64,000 nucleotides of DNA from a virus (Duplodnaviria; Caudoviricetes), in the IMG/VR virus record IMGVR_UViG_3300032243_000867, positions 201,896-265,895 of that record. One strand, 5' to 3'. This document shows, piece by piece, positions 40,301 to 49,960 of the stretch (the stretch's first letter is position 1; each line of letters begins with the position of its first letter). The position numbers were made by a program, and so were the translations under genes. The notes beneath the pieces are model-generated. The model was not told the DNA's origin, did no database searches, and saw only the letters and a program-made list of their open reading frames with translations.

Positions 40301-43300
40301 CCCGTTTCGGCCCCCACACCGAAGGTGCCCGTGGTGAAGGGCGCATAGTTACGCTGGAGGAACGTGAAAGGGACGCCCCCGTTGACGTTCGCAGCGCGGT
40401 TGACCGTGTTGTAGATGTCGGCGGTGCCTACGGGGACGGTCGTTTCGTAGGTGGACAGGGCGCGCACCACTTCGAGGCGGCACTCGACGGACTCCGCCGC
40501 CGGGTTCACCGCCCCGCGCTCGCGGGCGCTGCGGGTGTCCACGGGGCCGGATACGGTCAGCCGGTCACCCTCGATAACGTAGGCGGCGGACTTCACCGCT
40601 ACGAGGTCGATGGTGAAGTCCAGCGGGTCAAGATCGGTCACGCCTCCGTAGGCGGCGAAGTCGAACACCGGGACGGCGGTTTCGACGGTGAGCTTCGTGG
40701 TGTTGAAGAAGCACGGGCCTACGCTTGGAACGAACGACCCGCCGTTGTCGCCCGATACGTCGAACACGCACGCCGTGATAACGGGGTTCGGGGCGTTCAA
40801 TCGCATGATGAACGTCGCGGCGGGAGCGAACGTGCCCGAAGCCTTCATCACGTTGATGCGAATTTCCGAAGGCTGGTCGGACGAGGTGAAGAAGGTGTTG
40901 AACCCGCCCGTGGGGGGGACGGCCCCGCCGCCGCCGTTGTTGTCGTCGAACACGAGGTTCGGCACGCCGATGAGCTCGAACGTCGTGCGGTAGTTCGGCC
41001 CGAAGGGGGCCTGCTTCACCCGGATGCCCGTGGTATGGGGAGCGGGAAAGGGCGGGTCGGCTTCGATGAACGTCTGGATCGCCGTGACGTTCAGGTCGAT
41101 CAGGCTGTTCTTGTCGGTGCGAGAGATGAACCGTGGGGGTTCGATGACCTTCGCCCCGTAGTCCACCGCCCCCACGGTGAGGATGCCCTGCGACCCGTTG
41201 GGGAGACCGCCCGTGCCTTGTTGGACGAACACGAGGTCGTAGGGGTTCACCGTGCCCACGCCCGAGTGCGCGGCGAACGGGGGGTCAAGGGTGACCGAAG
41301 CCCGAAGGGCGGCGGGTGCGGTAGGGAGGCTGTTGACCGCCCCGGCGTTGTCGAGGATCTCGTCCGGGTACGCGGCTTCCAGCGCGTACGGCGGGTACCC
41401 CGGGGCGGGCGGGTTCGCGGGCGGCGTCACCGTATCTACGGTGTAGAAGTCCACGCCCGCCGTGAAGGCGTCCCCAAGAACGGCGAGCTCCGTGGGGGCG
41501 ATCTGGTAGTAGGGCAGGGAGTAATCCCCCGAGTCGAGACGGGATGCACCCCGTAGGGCCGGGATGTTTGACGGGCTCACGTCTCCGTTCTGGAACGTCA
41601 CCCGAGCTTGAAGGTTGCGAAGCGGGGCGGGGGGCTTCTGGCCGAAGATTTCCTTCAGCCCGAAGAGGTTGGGGTCGCTGAACGACGGCAGGGTGATGTC
41701 TACTAGCTCGCCCGAGCGCCCGTCCAACCCCACGTCCGTTCCCGTGCGGTAGGCGGGAAGGGACTGCGAGAAGGCCGCGAGTTCGGCGTTCGTCGGCGGG
41801 TCGGACACGGCGGGGAGCACCGCGCCCGTGGTAGGAACCACGAACAGGGTGTCCCCCTTCTCGACCAGCGCAGCGGTGAGGGGCACGCCGTTCGCCGGGG
41901 CCGTGAGGCGCACGAGATTGCCCACGTTCGCCGCGGTGATCAGGACCGTTGCCCCCGCCGCGTCGTAGGTCTTCAGCGTGACGTAGCACCCTTGGAGGAC
42001 CGTATCGACGAACACCCCCGCATACACGGGTTGCCCGCCCACGGTGATTGTCGTGCCCGCGTAGCCCAGCCCGTAAACCGCCCCGTCGGGGGTTCCCAGT
42101 GATAGTTGGTCGCCGGGGGCGAAGGGCGGCGTGTGAAGGCTGGGGTCGCCCGTAGACAGGTCGTACAGGCCCGAGGTGCCCGTGCCGTTGGAGTACAGCA
42201 GGGCCGTGTCGGGCGTGCCGTTGGACTTCAGCGGGAACTGATCGAGGGGGAGCACCGTCGCCGCGAAGGCGGGTCGAATGACCGGGGGGACGGCGCTGAG
42301 GTAGCCCGAGGGCGAGAACGAGAAGATGCGGGCGCGGGCGAGACGATCTTGCACCGTGGCCCCGAGCACCGACGTGAGGTTGCCCCGCACGGGGTTGCTC
42401 AACCGCGCGATGGCTTTCCCGTTGGTGGACTGAAGGTCGATGACGGGCGGCGACGCGAACAGGTCTAGAAGCAGCTTCCCGTAGCTGTACACCCCGTTGT
42501 TGCCCGTGGTCGGGTCGTACCCGATGCCGGGGTCGGTGGTAGTAAACGCTTCCGTGCGTTCGGGGTACAGCCGCGAGAAGGCCGAAGGCTGGGACAGCCC
42601 CCGGTACACGCCGTAGGAGGACACCTTGAAGTGGATGAGCCCCGTGAGGGATACCGTGGTGCCGGTGAGGCCGTTGAGCACAACGTCGTCAACGTCGTTC
42701 TTGATGGCGCGGTATTGGGCGTTTTGAAGCGTTCCGAGGGCGTTCGCGGAGAGGGCCAGACCCTCGACCGCCCCGCCCGTGAGCGTCGCGCTGTACGGGT
42801 TGACGATGGGGTCGGTGGCGAGAAGCGCGACGGGCACCGTGCGGTAGCCGTTCCAGACTTCGTTCCACACGTTGCGGGCGTTGACCGCCCCAGTGATGCC
42901 GTCCTCGTATCCCGGCGGCGTCCACGGGTCGCCCACCCCCATCCACATACGGAGCTTGCCGTCGCGGTCACCCACGGGGTTGCCCGCGATGTTCTCCAAC
43001 ACCTGCTCGAACGAGGTGATCACCCCGTTGAAGTAGCGGAGGAACGTACGGGTCACCCGGTCACGGGACACGAGGTCTTGCCGCTCGGATGTCAGCCCCG
43101 CCGTGCCTTGCGTGGACGGGGAGTTCTTGGGGAATCCCCCCACCGAGGGGTTCGTGCCCGAGGCGTTGCGGGTGACCCCCTGCACGATGCTCCGCGCCGT
43201 CTCCGTGATGTACGCGGGGAGAGGTAGCGACCGTGCATAGAAGCTATCGGGCGAATCGAACGTGTAGGTGGCGGTGAGGGTCGCACCCAGCCTCCCGTTG

Positions 43301-46300
43301 CTATCGCTGGGCGGGTCGATGTAGCCCGCCGATGCGCTCACCCGTGGGTACTGCACTTTGCCCTGAAACACGAACGGGGCGAGAGTGCCTTGCACGGTGC
43401 GGTAGAACTGCAACGAGGACAGGGCCGGGAGGCCCCGCGTGCGCGGTTCCAGCAGGGTGAGCGTGCCCGCCGAAGGGTCCAGTTGGTAGTCTCGCCCTTC
43501 CGTAAGCGTCGCGCCGGGGACGGTGCCTTCGTACAGGACCACCTCGTAGGGCTCGGTGCCAACGAACGCGCCCGCGCCGATGAACACCGTTGCGCCTTCC
43601 GAGTACACCGGGCGCACGGAGATGCGGACGTAGTTCGGGCTCATTCCCGAGGTCCAGGTCATCTGGATGGGGGACGGCGACCCGAGGGTGATGTCGGTGA
43701 ACGCCCCGTCTACGAACTCTCCCTTGGCGATGAGGAAGGGCACCCCGAAGAGTTCGAGGACGTGACCCGTCACCGCGTACCGGGTGAGATCCCCCTCGAA
43801 GCGCACGACGTTCTGGCCCTTGGTGAGGGGCTGGAAGGCCGGGACGCTAGCCAACCCGTAGGCCGCGGTGAGCAGGGGCAGGAACCCCGCGTCGGCACCC
43901 GTCGCGACGGGCGACCCCACGGGGTCCACCGTGGGTGTGATGGCCCGGTCGGTGAGGAGGTTGATGGGCGGTTCGCTAGGGGAGAGCGTGCCCACGCTCT
44001 TCGTCGGCGTCGGGTACACCGTGACGGTGGTGATGTCCGCGGGAAGGCCGCTGTAGACGGACGCCTTGATGTAGGTGAGGTAGTTGCTGATACGAAGAAT
44101 GCGCCCCGGCACCATGTCCGCAGTGCGGTCGCCGTCGAGATTGAACGTCGAGACGTTGGCTTCAAGGCGGAACGGCGGACGCCACACGGGGCCTTGAGAC
44201 ACCGTGTAGGAGGTTTCGCCGCCCGAGGCTTCGTACACCCCGTAGGTGATCAGCACCTTCGTCGCGGGGTCGTTGACGGCTTTCACCAATGAGATGGTGT
44301 TGTTCGACGGGGTGACCGTGCAGCCCTTGGGGAACCCGTACGTCACCAACGTCGCCCCCACGTACACCGAGGGCTCTACGTCTGTGTCGATGGTGCGCCC
44401 CACCGCGTTGAACGAGTAAAGCTGCGAGCTGACGCGCGCCGCGGCTTCGCGACGGACGATCACGGGCAGGAACTCCGTCACCTGCACGGGTTTCCCGTCA
44501 CTGTCTAGGTACAGCGCGCCCGAGTCGGGCACGGCGCGGTAGTAGGTGACCTCGACCAGTTGCCCGGTCTGTACCGGGCGCTCGAAGGAGAACGCCCCGA
44601 GGATCGGGTTCAAGAACACCGTCTCGAAGGTCTGGAGGTCAACGAGGTAGATGCGGTCGGTTCTGAGGGACAGCCCCGCAACGCTCACCGCACCCGTAAA
44701 CGGGCTGATCTCAGCTTCACCCGCCGGGACGTTCGCAGACGGCAGTACCTCTTCGCGGTACGTCACCGTGGCCGATTGATAGTTGGCCTTCACCGTCGCG
44801 CCGAAGCGGAGCTCCCCGTCCGTCGTGCGGTACTGCACTACGTTCGCGGGGATGGGGGCGAGGAAGTTCGGCACGGGCAAGAGGTCCACGCCGTGGGCGA
44901 ACACCTTGGTGCCCACGACAACGCTGAACGACCCGGTGGTGAAACGATCCCCCGCCGCGGGAACGTTCAGCGCCCCGTCTGCGACGGACCCGAGAACGGA
45001 ACTGGTGAGAATGGTCGCCGGGAAGTTCGCGCCTGTGAGCCCGTACCGCACGGCGAGGGAGCGACCCGAGTTCGCCGTGGGGAGGTCAACGGGCGACGGG
45101 GCGGCGGGGGCCGTGCCCAGAAGGGTCAGCAACCGCACTTCGTACGGTTCGCTGGAGAGGTGGTTGAAGTCCCGGTAGACGGCATCGCCCAGCACGGCGG
45201 GGTTGATCGTTCCCGGCGCGACCCCGTCATAGAGCTCCCACGCGACGTTGCCCGTGCTGGCGGCGATGAAGTCCGGGGTGACGGTGATGGTGGGGGCGGT
45301 AGAAGCCGTGACCGTGTACGAGCCCGCGTTCGCGCCCGAGGTCACCTTCAAGCGGTCGCCCGCGCTGGCCGTGATGGTGAGGGACGTATCGGTGAGAGTG
45401 TTGGGAAGGGTGATCGCCCCACGGTAGCCCGATTGCTTCAGTTCACCGATGCGGGTGACCAGCACCGCCTCGCCCGAGCCCGAAGGCACCAAGAAGTCCG
45501 TCCCGAGGGTGAGCGTCTGCGCCGCCCCGCCCGTCGCGGACACCTTGAGGTATCCCCCCATCGCCGGGTAGAAAGTGGACGGAACCACCCCCGCGTTGCC
45601 GAGGTTGATGGATGAGACGGGCGATAGAACCTGCCCCGCGAACGAGAAGGTGGACAGCCATCCGAAGCGTGACTGGTCGAACTGGTAAACGGCGTCCTTC
45701 CAAGGTTTGACGGTGGTGCTGAGACGCAGCGTGTTCGGGGATGCAACGCCCGACAGGGAGAAGAACTCCCCCACGTCGTAGCCCGCGATGTCCTCGCGCG
45801 GCGGGTAGCTCAGGAGCTGGTACGGGATGGTTTGAAGGTCTTCCGATAGGGCCGCGTCCGTCACCCGATAGGTAGCCCGCACGTCGGGGGCGCTTTGCGA
45901 CCCGTCGAGATTGTTCGGGCTGCGGGACAGCCCGAAGGCGAGGCCCGTATCGGGGAGCCAGTTCGGGTCCGTGGCGGTGTGCGTTCCCGCGCTGGGGTTG
46001 GAGACGCGCCACCCGGGCGGGTACCCCATCGCGCGGCACCCGTCCTCGTTGAAGCCCACGGCCACGGTGCCCGTGGGGTTGTTCGATGCGATGTACAGGT
46101 AGCCCGAGAGAACGCCCGCCGTGCCCGCCCCAGCCATGATGGCATTGAGGGCGACGGCCACCGTCGCGGCGGGTACGTTCGTTCCCGCCGCGGGTGAGTA
46201 GTTGAAAGCGGTGCCGTCCACCGAGAAGGTGAACGTCTCGGTGCCCGCGAAGGTGAACGTGTCGCGGGTGCGCGAAAACACCCTTGCACCGTCGGGGTAC

Positions 46301-48066
46301 GAGGCCGGGGTGAGGAGGGCCTGGACGAAGTACAGGGTTTTGCCGCTGATGGCTTGAGCAAGGGCGTAGCCCACCCGTACGATCCCCGTGTTGAGGGCGA
46401 CGTAAGCCGTGTCGAGCGGGAGGGAGAAGATGTCCGTGGGAAGGTCGGCGTCGTAGTTGACTGTGACGATCTTGGCGATGCGCCCCGCACGGGTAAACAG
46501 GTAGGCGTCACCGAAGCCGGGGGAAAGCCTCTCCACCAGCCCCGACGACAAGGGTCGGGGTTGTACGGGCAACGTGGGGTTGGGGGCGTTGCCTGTACCG
46601 TCGGGCACCCGGACGATTCCCGAGATGCCCGTGCCGGGGAGCCCCGCGGCGGCGGGGATCACATAGTCCGATCCCCAAGAGGTGAGGGTGACGGGGGCCT
46701 GTACGGGCTGCGGGTAGAGGTTGAGGGCTACGCCGTCGTACCGAAGGCTCGCGTCGAGGTACAGCGGGTCGAAGGCGGGGGCGGCGGGGTTGGCCTTCGC
46801 CACGTCCGTTGGGTCCAGCTTCACCCGCCCCGTGGAAAGTGACACGCCCGCTTCGCCCGGATTGACGGCGAGGCCCGCGAGGGCGGTTTCGTTGGCGACG
46901 GTGATGACGGTGAGGGGTGCGCGATTGCCGATGCGAAGAATCGGTCGGTCCGTCGGGCCGGGGACGGGAGAGATGTAGTGCGGACCGCCCAGCAAGGGGC
47001 CGACCACGCCGTCGTTCATGGCCGCGAAGTCGCGGGGTGAGTACCAGAGGGCCTCGCCCTCGTGCGCGGCGATGAACGCCGGGTTCCACGCGATCTCTCC
47101 CGAGTCGCTACCGATCACGCCCGCGAGGGCCGGGGACACGGAGCCGAAGTCATAGCTGGCGTTCGCCACGTCGTCGGCTACCACCAGCACGCCGCTGTAC
47201 GAAACCCCCGTCACCACGGGGTAAGAAGCCTCGTCGGGCGAGTTTCCGAGGCGCAGCATCGCGTACTGCCCTGTGGTGGCCGTGCCCGGAAGGTAGCTGC
47301 CGAGGGGTGCGGTGGGGACGGGCGACAGGGTGTACCGGGAGCCTGCCGAGGACAGGAGCTTGCCGAGGTTCTTGGTTGCCCCGCCCTTGAAGGGCTCCCA
47401 TTTGCGGTGCGCGGCGTTCCAGCCGAAGCGGGCCGCACCGGGATCATTCCGCGTCCAGTTGAACGTCGCGGGGCCTACCGTGTAGGTGACTGAGGTGAAG
47501 GTGTCACCGCGCGAGGCGCTCACGGCGACGGGCGCAGAAGCCGGGACGTTTACCGCCGCGCGCACGGTGGCGGTGTCGTTCAGTTTGACCGTGCCCGACA
47601 CCGGGTCGAGGGTGAAGTCTGGAGACGTAAACGTGACCTTGGTGGAGGTCCCGCCCCGCACATAGACCATGCTGGCGACCGAGGCGACGTTCGCTCCACC
47701 GTCGTCGGTGACTACCACCCGCTGCGTGCCGTCCGTGAGAACGCCCGACGTGGGCACGGTCGGGTCGTTGACCGTGAGCGTGCCCGTGGGGATTGCCACC
47801 GTGCCGTCCGTGGACGTTGTGCCGGGGGCGACGGTCAGCGGTCCCGAGGTGTTCGCCCACAGCAGGTACTCAACGGTCTGCCCGCTTTCACTCAGCGTCG
47901 CGCGGTACCGCGCGCCGTTGATGTCCGTGACCGTGGCCGTGGGGTACGCAGGGGTGGGGGAGGTGAACACCGCACGGGACACGCCCGAGGAGACCTCGCC
48001 CGTCGTGTCCGCGTTGCTGGTCGAGGCCCGAGCGCCCGGAAGTACCTGACCGTCGAAGTTGCCCAT
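37384..48066 (-). CDS. Giant tail/baseplate structural protein (3560 aa)
   Basis: Uninterrupted 10.7-kb ORF rich in Gly/Thr/Ala/Val/Pro beta-type sequence; no enzyme motif recognised. Confidence 0.75.
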   Translation of the reverse strand: MGNFDGQVLPGARASTSNADTTGEVSSGVSRAVFTSPTPAYPTATVTDINGARYRATLSESGQTVEYLLWANTSGPLTVAPGTTSTDGTVAIPTGTLTVNDPTVPTSGVLTDGTQRVVVTDDGGANVASVASMVYVRGGTSTKVTFTSPDFTLDPVSGTVKLNDTATVRAAVNVPASAPVAVSASRGDTFTSVTYTVGPATFNWTRNDPGAARFGWNAAHRKWEPFKGGATKNLGKLLSSAGSRYTLSPVPTAPLGSYLPGTATTGQYAMLRLGNSPDEASYPVVTGVSYSGVLVVADDVANASYDFGSVSPALAGVIGSDSGEIAWNPAFIAAHEGEALWYSPRDFAAMNDGVVGPLLGGPHYISPVPGPTDRPILRIGNRAPLTVITVANETALAGLAVNPGEAGVSLSTGRVKLDPTDVAKANPAAPAFDPLYLDASLRYDGVALNLYPQPVQAPVTLTSWGSDYVIPAAAGLPGTGISGIVRVPDGTGNAPNPTLPVQPRPLSSGLVERLSPGFGDAYLFTRAGRIAKIVTVNYDADLPTDIFSLPLDTAYVALNTGIVRVGYALAQAISGKTLYFVQALLTPASYPDGARVFSRTRDTFTFAGTETFTFSVDGTAFNYSPAAGTNVPAATVAVALNAIMAGAGTAGVLSGYLYIASNNPTGTVAVGFNEDGCRAMGYPPGWRVSNPSAGTHTATDPNWLPDTGLAFGLSRSPNNLDGSQSAPDVRATYRVTDAALSEDLQTIPYQLLSYPPREDIAGYDVGEFFSLSGVASPNTLRLSTTVKPWKDAVYQFDQSRFGWLSTFSFAGQVLSPVSSINLGNAGVVPSTFYPAMGGYLKVSATGGAAQTLTLGTDFLVPSGSGEAVLVTRIGELKQSGYRGAITLPNTLTDTSLTITASAGDRLKVTSGANAGSYTVTASTAPTITVTPDFIAASTGNVAWELYDGVAPGTINPAVLGDAVYRDFNHLSSEPYEVRLLTLLGTAPAAPSPVDLPTANSGRSLAVRYGLTGANFPATILTSSVLGSVADGALNVPAAGDRFTTGSFSVVVGTKVFAHGVDLLPVPNFLAPIPANVVQYRTTDGELRFGATVKANYQSATVTYREEVLPSANVPAGEAEISPFTGAVSVAGLSLRTDRIYLVDLQTFETVFLNPILGAFSFERPVQTGQLVEVTYYRAVPDSGALYLDSDGKPVQVTEFLPVIVRREAAARVSSQLYSFNAVGRTIDTDVEPSVYVGATLVTYGFPKGCTVTPSNNTISLVKAVNDPATKVLITYGVYEASGGETSYTVSQGPVWRPPFRLEANVSTFNLDGDRTADMVPGRILRISNYLTYIKASVYSGLPADITTVTVYPTPTKSVGTLSPSEPPINLLTDRAITPTVDPVGSPVATGADAGFLPLLTAAYGLASVPAFQPLTKGQNVVRFEGDLTRYAVTGHVLELFGVPFLIAKGEFVDGAFTDITLGSPSPIQMTWTSGMSPNYVRISVRPVYSEGATVFIGAGAFVGTEPYEVVLYEGTVPGATLTEGRDYQLDPSAGTLTLLEPRTRGLPALSSLQFYRTVQGTLAPFVFQGKVQYPRVSASAGYIDPPSDSNGRLGATLTATYTFDSPDSFYARSLPLPAYITETARSIVQGVTRNASGTNPSVGGFPKNSPSTQGTAGLTSERQDLVSRDRVTRTFLRYFNGVITSFEQVLENIAGNPVGDRDGKLRMWMGVGDPWTPPGYEDGITGAVNARNVWNEVWNGYRTVPVALLATDPIVNPYSATLTGGAVEGLALSANALGTLQNAQYRAIKNDVDDVVLNGLTGTTVSLTGLIHFKVSSYGVYRGLSQPSAFSRLYPERTEAFTTTDPGIGYDPTTGNNGVYSYGKLLLDLFASPPVIDLQSTNGKAIARLSNPVRGNLTSVLGATVQDRLARARIFSFSPSGYLSAVPPVIRPAFAATVLPLDQFPLKSNGTPDTALLYSNGTGTSGLYDLSTGDPSLHTPPFAPGDQLSLGTPDGAVYGLGYAGTTITVGGQPVYAGVFVDTVLQGCYVTLKTYDAAGATVLITAANVGNLVRLTAPANGVPLTAALVEKGDTLFVVPTTGAVLPAVSDPPTNAELAAFSQSLPAYRTGTDVGLDGRSGELVDITLPSFSDPNLFGLKEIFGQKPPAPLRNLQARVTFQNGDVSPSNIPALRGASRLDSGDYSLPYYQIAPTELAVLGDAFTAGVDFYTVDTVTPPANPPAPGYPPYALEAAYPDEILDNAGAVNSLPTAPAALRASVTLDPPFAAHSGVGTVNPYDLVFVQQGTGGLPNGSQGILTVGAVDYGAKVIEPPRFISRTDKNSLIDLNVTAIQTFIEADPPFPAPHTTGIRVKQAPFGPNYRTTFELIGVPNLVFDDNNGGGGAVPPTGGFNTFFTSSDQPSEIRINVMKASGTFAPAATFIMRLNAPNPVITACVFDVSGDNGGSFVPSVGPCFFNTTKLTVETAVPVFDFAAYGGVTDLDPLDFTIDLVAVKSAAYVIEGDRLTVSGPVDTRSARERGAVNPAAESVECRLEVVRALSTYETTVPVGTADIYNTVNRAANVNGGVPFTFLQRNYAPFTTGTFGVGAETGTGVFALKTMPFEGHGNIAIPGTNITFSAAPSSRQNTTNAILTADVYTDRIDGTPVAHTFSWGDNRFIPSATLTGATASVLPGDIVTLRSNSEDPAYTKAAQNGKVGTHLVRGVIASGGGLERRDVTYTVPDGAGDYSSGWLPVAFPTVVTATATNLIVSEIPSLPPSKNWAGTATAQTHTFPPAGRVFVIVNEAGLNSPVPATFASSIVSADYTGFNPVTMDFTGLNNYQDGQGLAISGAAFATAAQAGLKVSGFTMIPLNPHGDGIPENLPGYCNGGDGASPNSAYGLRTLQATRGANTLNWTASTLGFLSYVPPATSKVDVYEKIKLTSETFLPLSAPVYDEIPGVMDITSIYTAGTDWDRLHTPTGVYPPPFAIDGARCFLPGDAWTVDYSGAAGIYVEPSFPRTGNTLADPIYRNVVDAGNTSTTSRVGVRRLTTYMTSVPVAGNSYLEVGQIEVRRPRRFHDLGNSFAEALLSLRYSYEIRRGIVSTVTASGGYGVLTADAVDGAVPPVATVGGTATQLGDFTSKLVNVNPGDEVRFINASGVIAARAEVVKVTGARTLTLSRKVTVAPGARFEVYLKVPPVPHEQSNEELLGYATDRVLINRPANLVAQTGGRAPATNKIGDTDTTVNYTAAGVAEGDIVVIDPAGTLTTPAGSTTPPQYGRRPYGDNAVTGRANYAAGSPARADDNRGYYRVVSRTATQLTVEAIGGLAGNNGGDVTFGSGTNAYTVYPTVHASGLTGGTEGQMDLRETAPPVGNSYTTTFKSVEPFAYRVIRPTSLLSSKTVELILSMRERMLSWMEEIRAVRFKYGTYFLFQRDQHITDLGLTTDPESGLGLLTNPYLLGLIGNWTVSPFSNVRDCLSILDRRFWCLDYRLDTVGPRYAALPVTPYADLSNGVGRPVLVDRVNEALDGRDKLRATRYAWLDLRVNRVTGSLESIRRFDIERPKREAEAERALLTVQSVEKLP

Positions 48067-48093
48067 CGCGATACCTTACGCGGGGCGATAGGT

Positions 48094-48672
48094 TTACACG
48101 GGAACCGAGGTGGACACTCCCACAGATGAACTGGGTCCCAACGGGCCGGTGGGGGCGACGGCACCGATGCCCGTGCCCGTGATCACCACGGTGGCGATGC
48201 CCGCTGCGAGGGCATCGTAGAAAGCCGGAACGGTCGATCCCGTCCCGCCCTGCACGGCACAAGCGGCACTGTGCGCCGTGCGAAGGGCTATGGACAGGGC
48301 GGGGATGTTGGCGCTCACCACCCGAGACACGTCCGTGCCCGTTCCTACGCCTACGCTCACCCCCGCGTAGGGGAGGCCCGCTAGGCCCGCCGTAAGGCCC
48401 GCTGCGAGGGTGGCGGCGAGGGCGGGAACGTTCGGCCCGTGCAGTGCTCCCATAGCCCCCAGCACCAGCGGGGGCGTCCCGGCGAAGGCAAGGGTGCCCG
48501 TGACGGTGCCCGCTCCTACCACACCCGTGGTGACACCCGTGAGGGTCACCCCCGCGGGCAACCACGTCACCGTGGCATTGGCGATGGCTTGGCAAAGGAG
48601 GTCGAAGGTGGGACCGCCGGGGAAGGGCGCGGAGGTGCGGAGGGCGGCGGCGAGAACGGCGGGGGGGATCAT
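48094..48672 (-). CDS. Small Gly/Ala/Thr-rich structural protein
   Basis: 192-aa ORF heading the minus-strand structural block. Confidence 0.65.
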   Translation of the reverse strand: MIPPAVLAAALRTSAPFPGGPTFDLLCQAIANATVTWLPAGVTLTGVTTGVVGAGTVTGTLAFAGTPPLVLGAMGALHGPNVPALAATLAAGLTAGLAGLPYAGVSVGVGTGTDVSRVVSANIPALSIALRTAHSAACAVQGGTGSTVPAFYDALAAGIATVVITGTGIGAVAPTGPLGPSSSVGVSTSVPV

Positions 48673-48673
48673 C

Positions 48674-49411
48674 TCAACGAACGATACGCCATTGGGCCAT
48701 ACCGTCGCGGGCCAGAATGCCCTTCGCGATGAGGTTCCGGGTGATCTCGCTGACGGCGGAGCGCACGCTTTCGCCCGTGAGGTTCGCGTTCACCGTGTGG
48801 TACCATTCGGAGATTTCGGGCCGGTTGACCACGCTCTTGGTCGAGAACCGATCCAGAAACGCGCGTTCACGAGGCGCGAGGCGGTAGTGGCTGTACCGTT
48901 TGTTGTTAGGCAGAACCGTAGGGGCGGCGGGTTCGGCCACGGGAGCCGTGGGTTCGGCCACGGGAGCCGTGGGTTCGTTGAACTGCCAGCGGTCGGGGCC
49001 GATGGCCTTGAGGACGCCTTCGCTCACGAGGGACTTCGTGATTTCGAGCGACATGGTCATCATGGAGTTCCGCGCGATCCCCGGCGACATGGCACGCTTG
49101 TACCACTCGTTGATCTCTTCGCGGGTCACGGTGCCCTTCGGGGCGAACTGGTCGATCACCCGGCACCAACGGGGCTGGAGGTTCAGGTGCGCCCAGCGCC
49201 GAGAAGGAATGGCATCCGACCCGTACCCCGCAGCGGTTACGGGGAGGGTCAGAGACGCGGCTACCTGTGCGATCTTCGTCAGCGGTTCGAGCTCCTCGCG
49301 GTAGCTGGCGAGGATGGCTTCGGCCTCCGCGATGTCGGTTTTCAGTTGCGCGATGCGGCGGGTGACGACTTCGTTGATTGCGGTAAGGGCGCTAGGTGTG
49401 GTGCTGTTCAC
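48674..49411 (-). CDS. Coiled-coil protein with two winged-helix-like repeats
   Basis: Two internal repeats of R-x-x-I-x-x-WY...EIT-x-x-L-x-x-x-G...W; N-terminus paralogous to 49469-49909. Confidence 0.7.
   Translation of the reverse strand: MNSTTPSALTAINEVVTRRIAQLKTDIAEAEAILASYREELEPLTKIAQVAASLTLPVTAAGYGSDAIPSRRWAHLNLQPRWCRVIDQFAPKGTVTREEINEWYKRAMSPGIARNSMMTMSLEITKSLVSEGVLKAIGPDRWQFNEPTAPVAEPTAPVAEPAAPTVLPNNKRYSHYRLAPRERAFLDRFSTKSVVNRPEISEWYHTVNANLTGESVRSAVSEITRNLIAKGILARDGMAQWRIVR
48929..48977. repeat. 21-bp tandem repeat, about 2.3 copies
   Basis: GGGTTCGGCCACGGGAGCCGT at 48929 and 48950 plus a partial copy; encodes the inter-domain linker EPTAPVA. Confidence 0.9.
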
Positions 49412-49461
49412 TGGAATCCTCGATTCTTGGGGTTAGGTTCAAGGCACTTGGCCTGATTGCA

Positions 49462-49469
49462 TTACGCCC
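49462..49469 (-). promoter_or_regulatory. GGGCGTAA motif
   Basis: In the intergenic gap, 50 nt upstream of start 49411. Confidence 0.45.
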
Positions 49470-49909
49470 TACGGGACGATCTTCCACGACCCCTCGTCGT
49501 GGGGGATGATGAACCCTTTGGCGGTGAGGTGCCGAGTCATATTGCAGATTTCAACCCCGAGGGAACGGGGGAGAATCTTGGGGTTCACCGCACGCCGATA
49601 CCACCCGGCAATGTCCTCGCGGGTGAAAGGCTTGGACCACTTGGCGAAGTGATTGACCGCTCTCTGGTAACGGGGCGGAAGGCGGTAGGGGTTGTACCGA
49701 TTGCGTCTGGGCGGGACGGGCTCCGTGACTGGGGCGGGAATCGCCGCCGCCGCAGGGGCACCCGCACCCGTCACCTGTGTGACTTTGAGCAACAAAGCAA
49801 TCTCCTCGCGGTAGCGGGCGAGGGTGGCTTCGGCCTCCGCGATGTCGGTTTTCAGTTGCTCGACGCGGCGGGTGACGACTTCGTTGATTGCGGTAAAGGC
49901 GCTGGACAT
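49469..49909 (-). CDS. Coiled-coil protein with one winged-helix-like domain (paralog of 48674-49411)
   Basis: AINEVVTRRVEQLKTDIAEAEA is shared; start at ATG 49909. Confidence 0.7.
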   Translation of the reverse strand: MSSAFTAINEVVTRRVEQLKTDIAEAEATLARYREEIALLLKVTQVTGAGAPAAAAIPAPVTEPVPPRRNRYNPYRLPPRYQRAVNHFAKWSKPFTREDIAGWYRRAVNPKILPRSLGVEICNMTRHLTAKGFIIPHDEGSWKIVP

Positions 49910-49960
49910 GGTGTTGTTTTTCTTTACAACAGAGGCGTGAATCCTGAATGCTTTTCGCAC

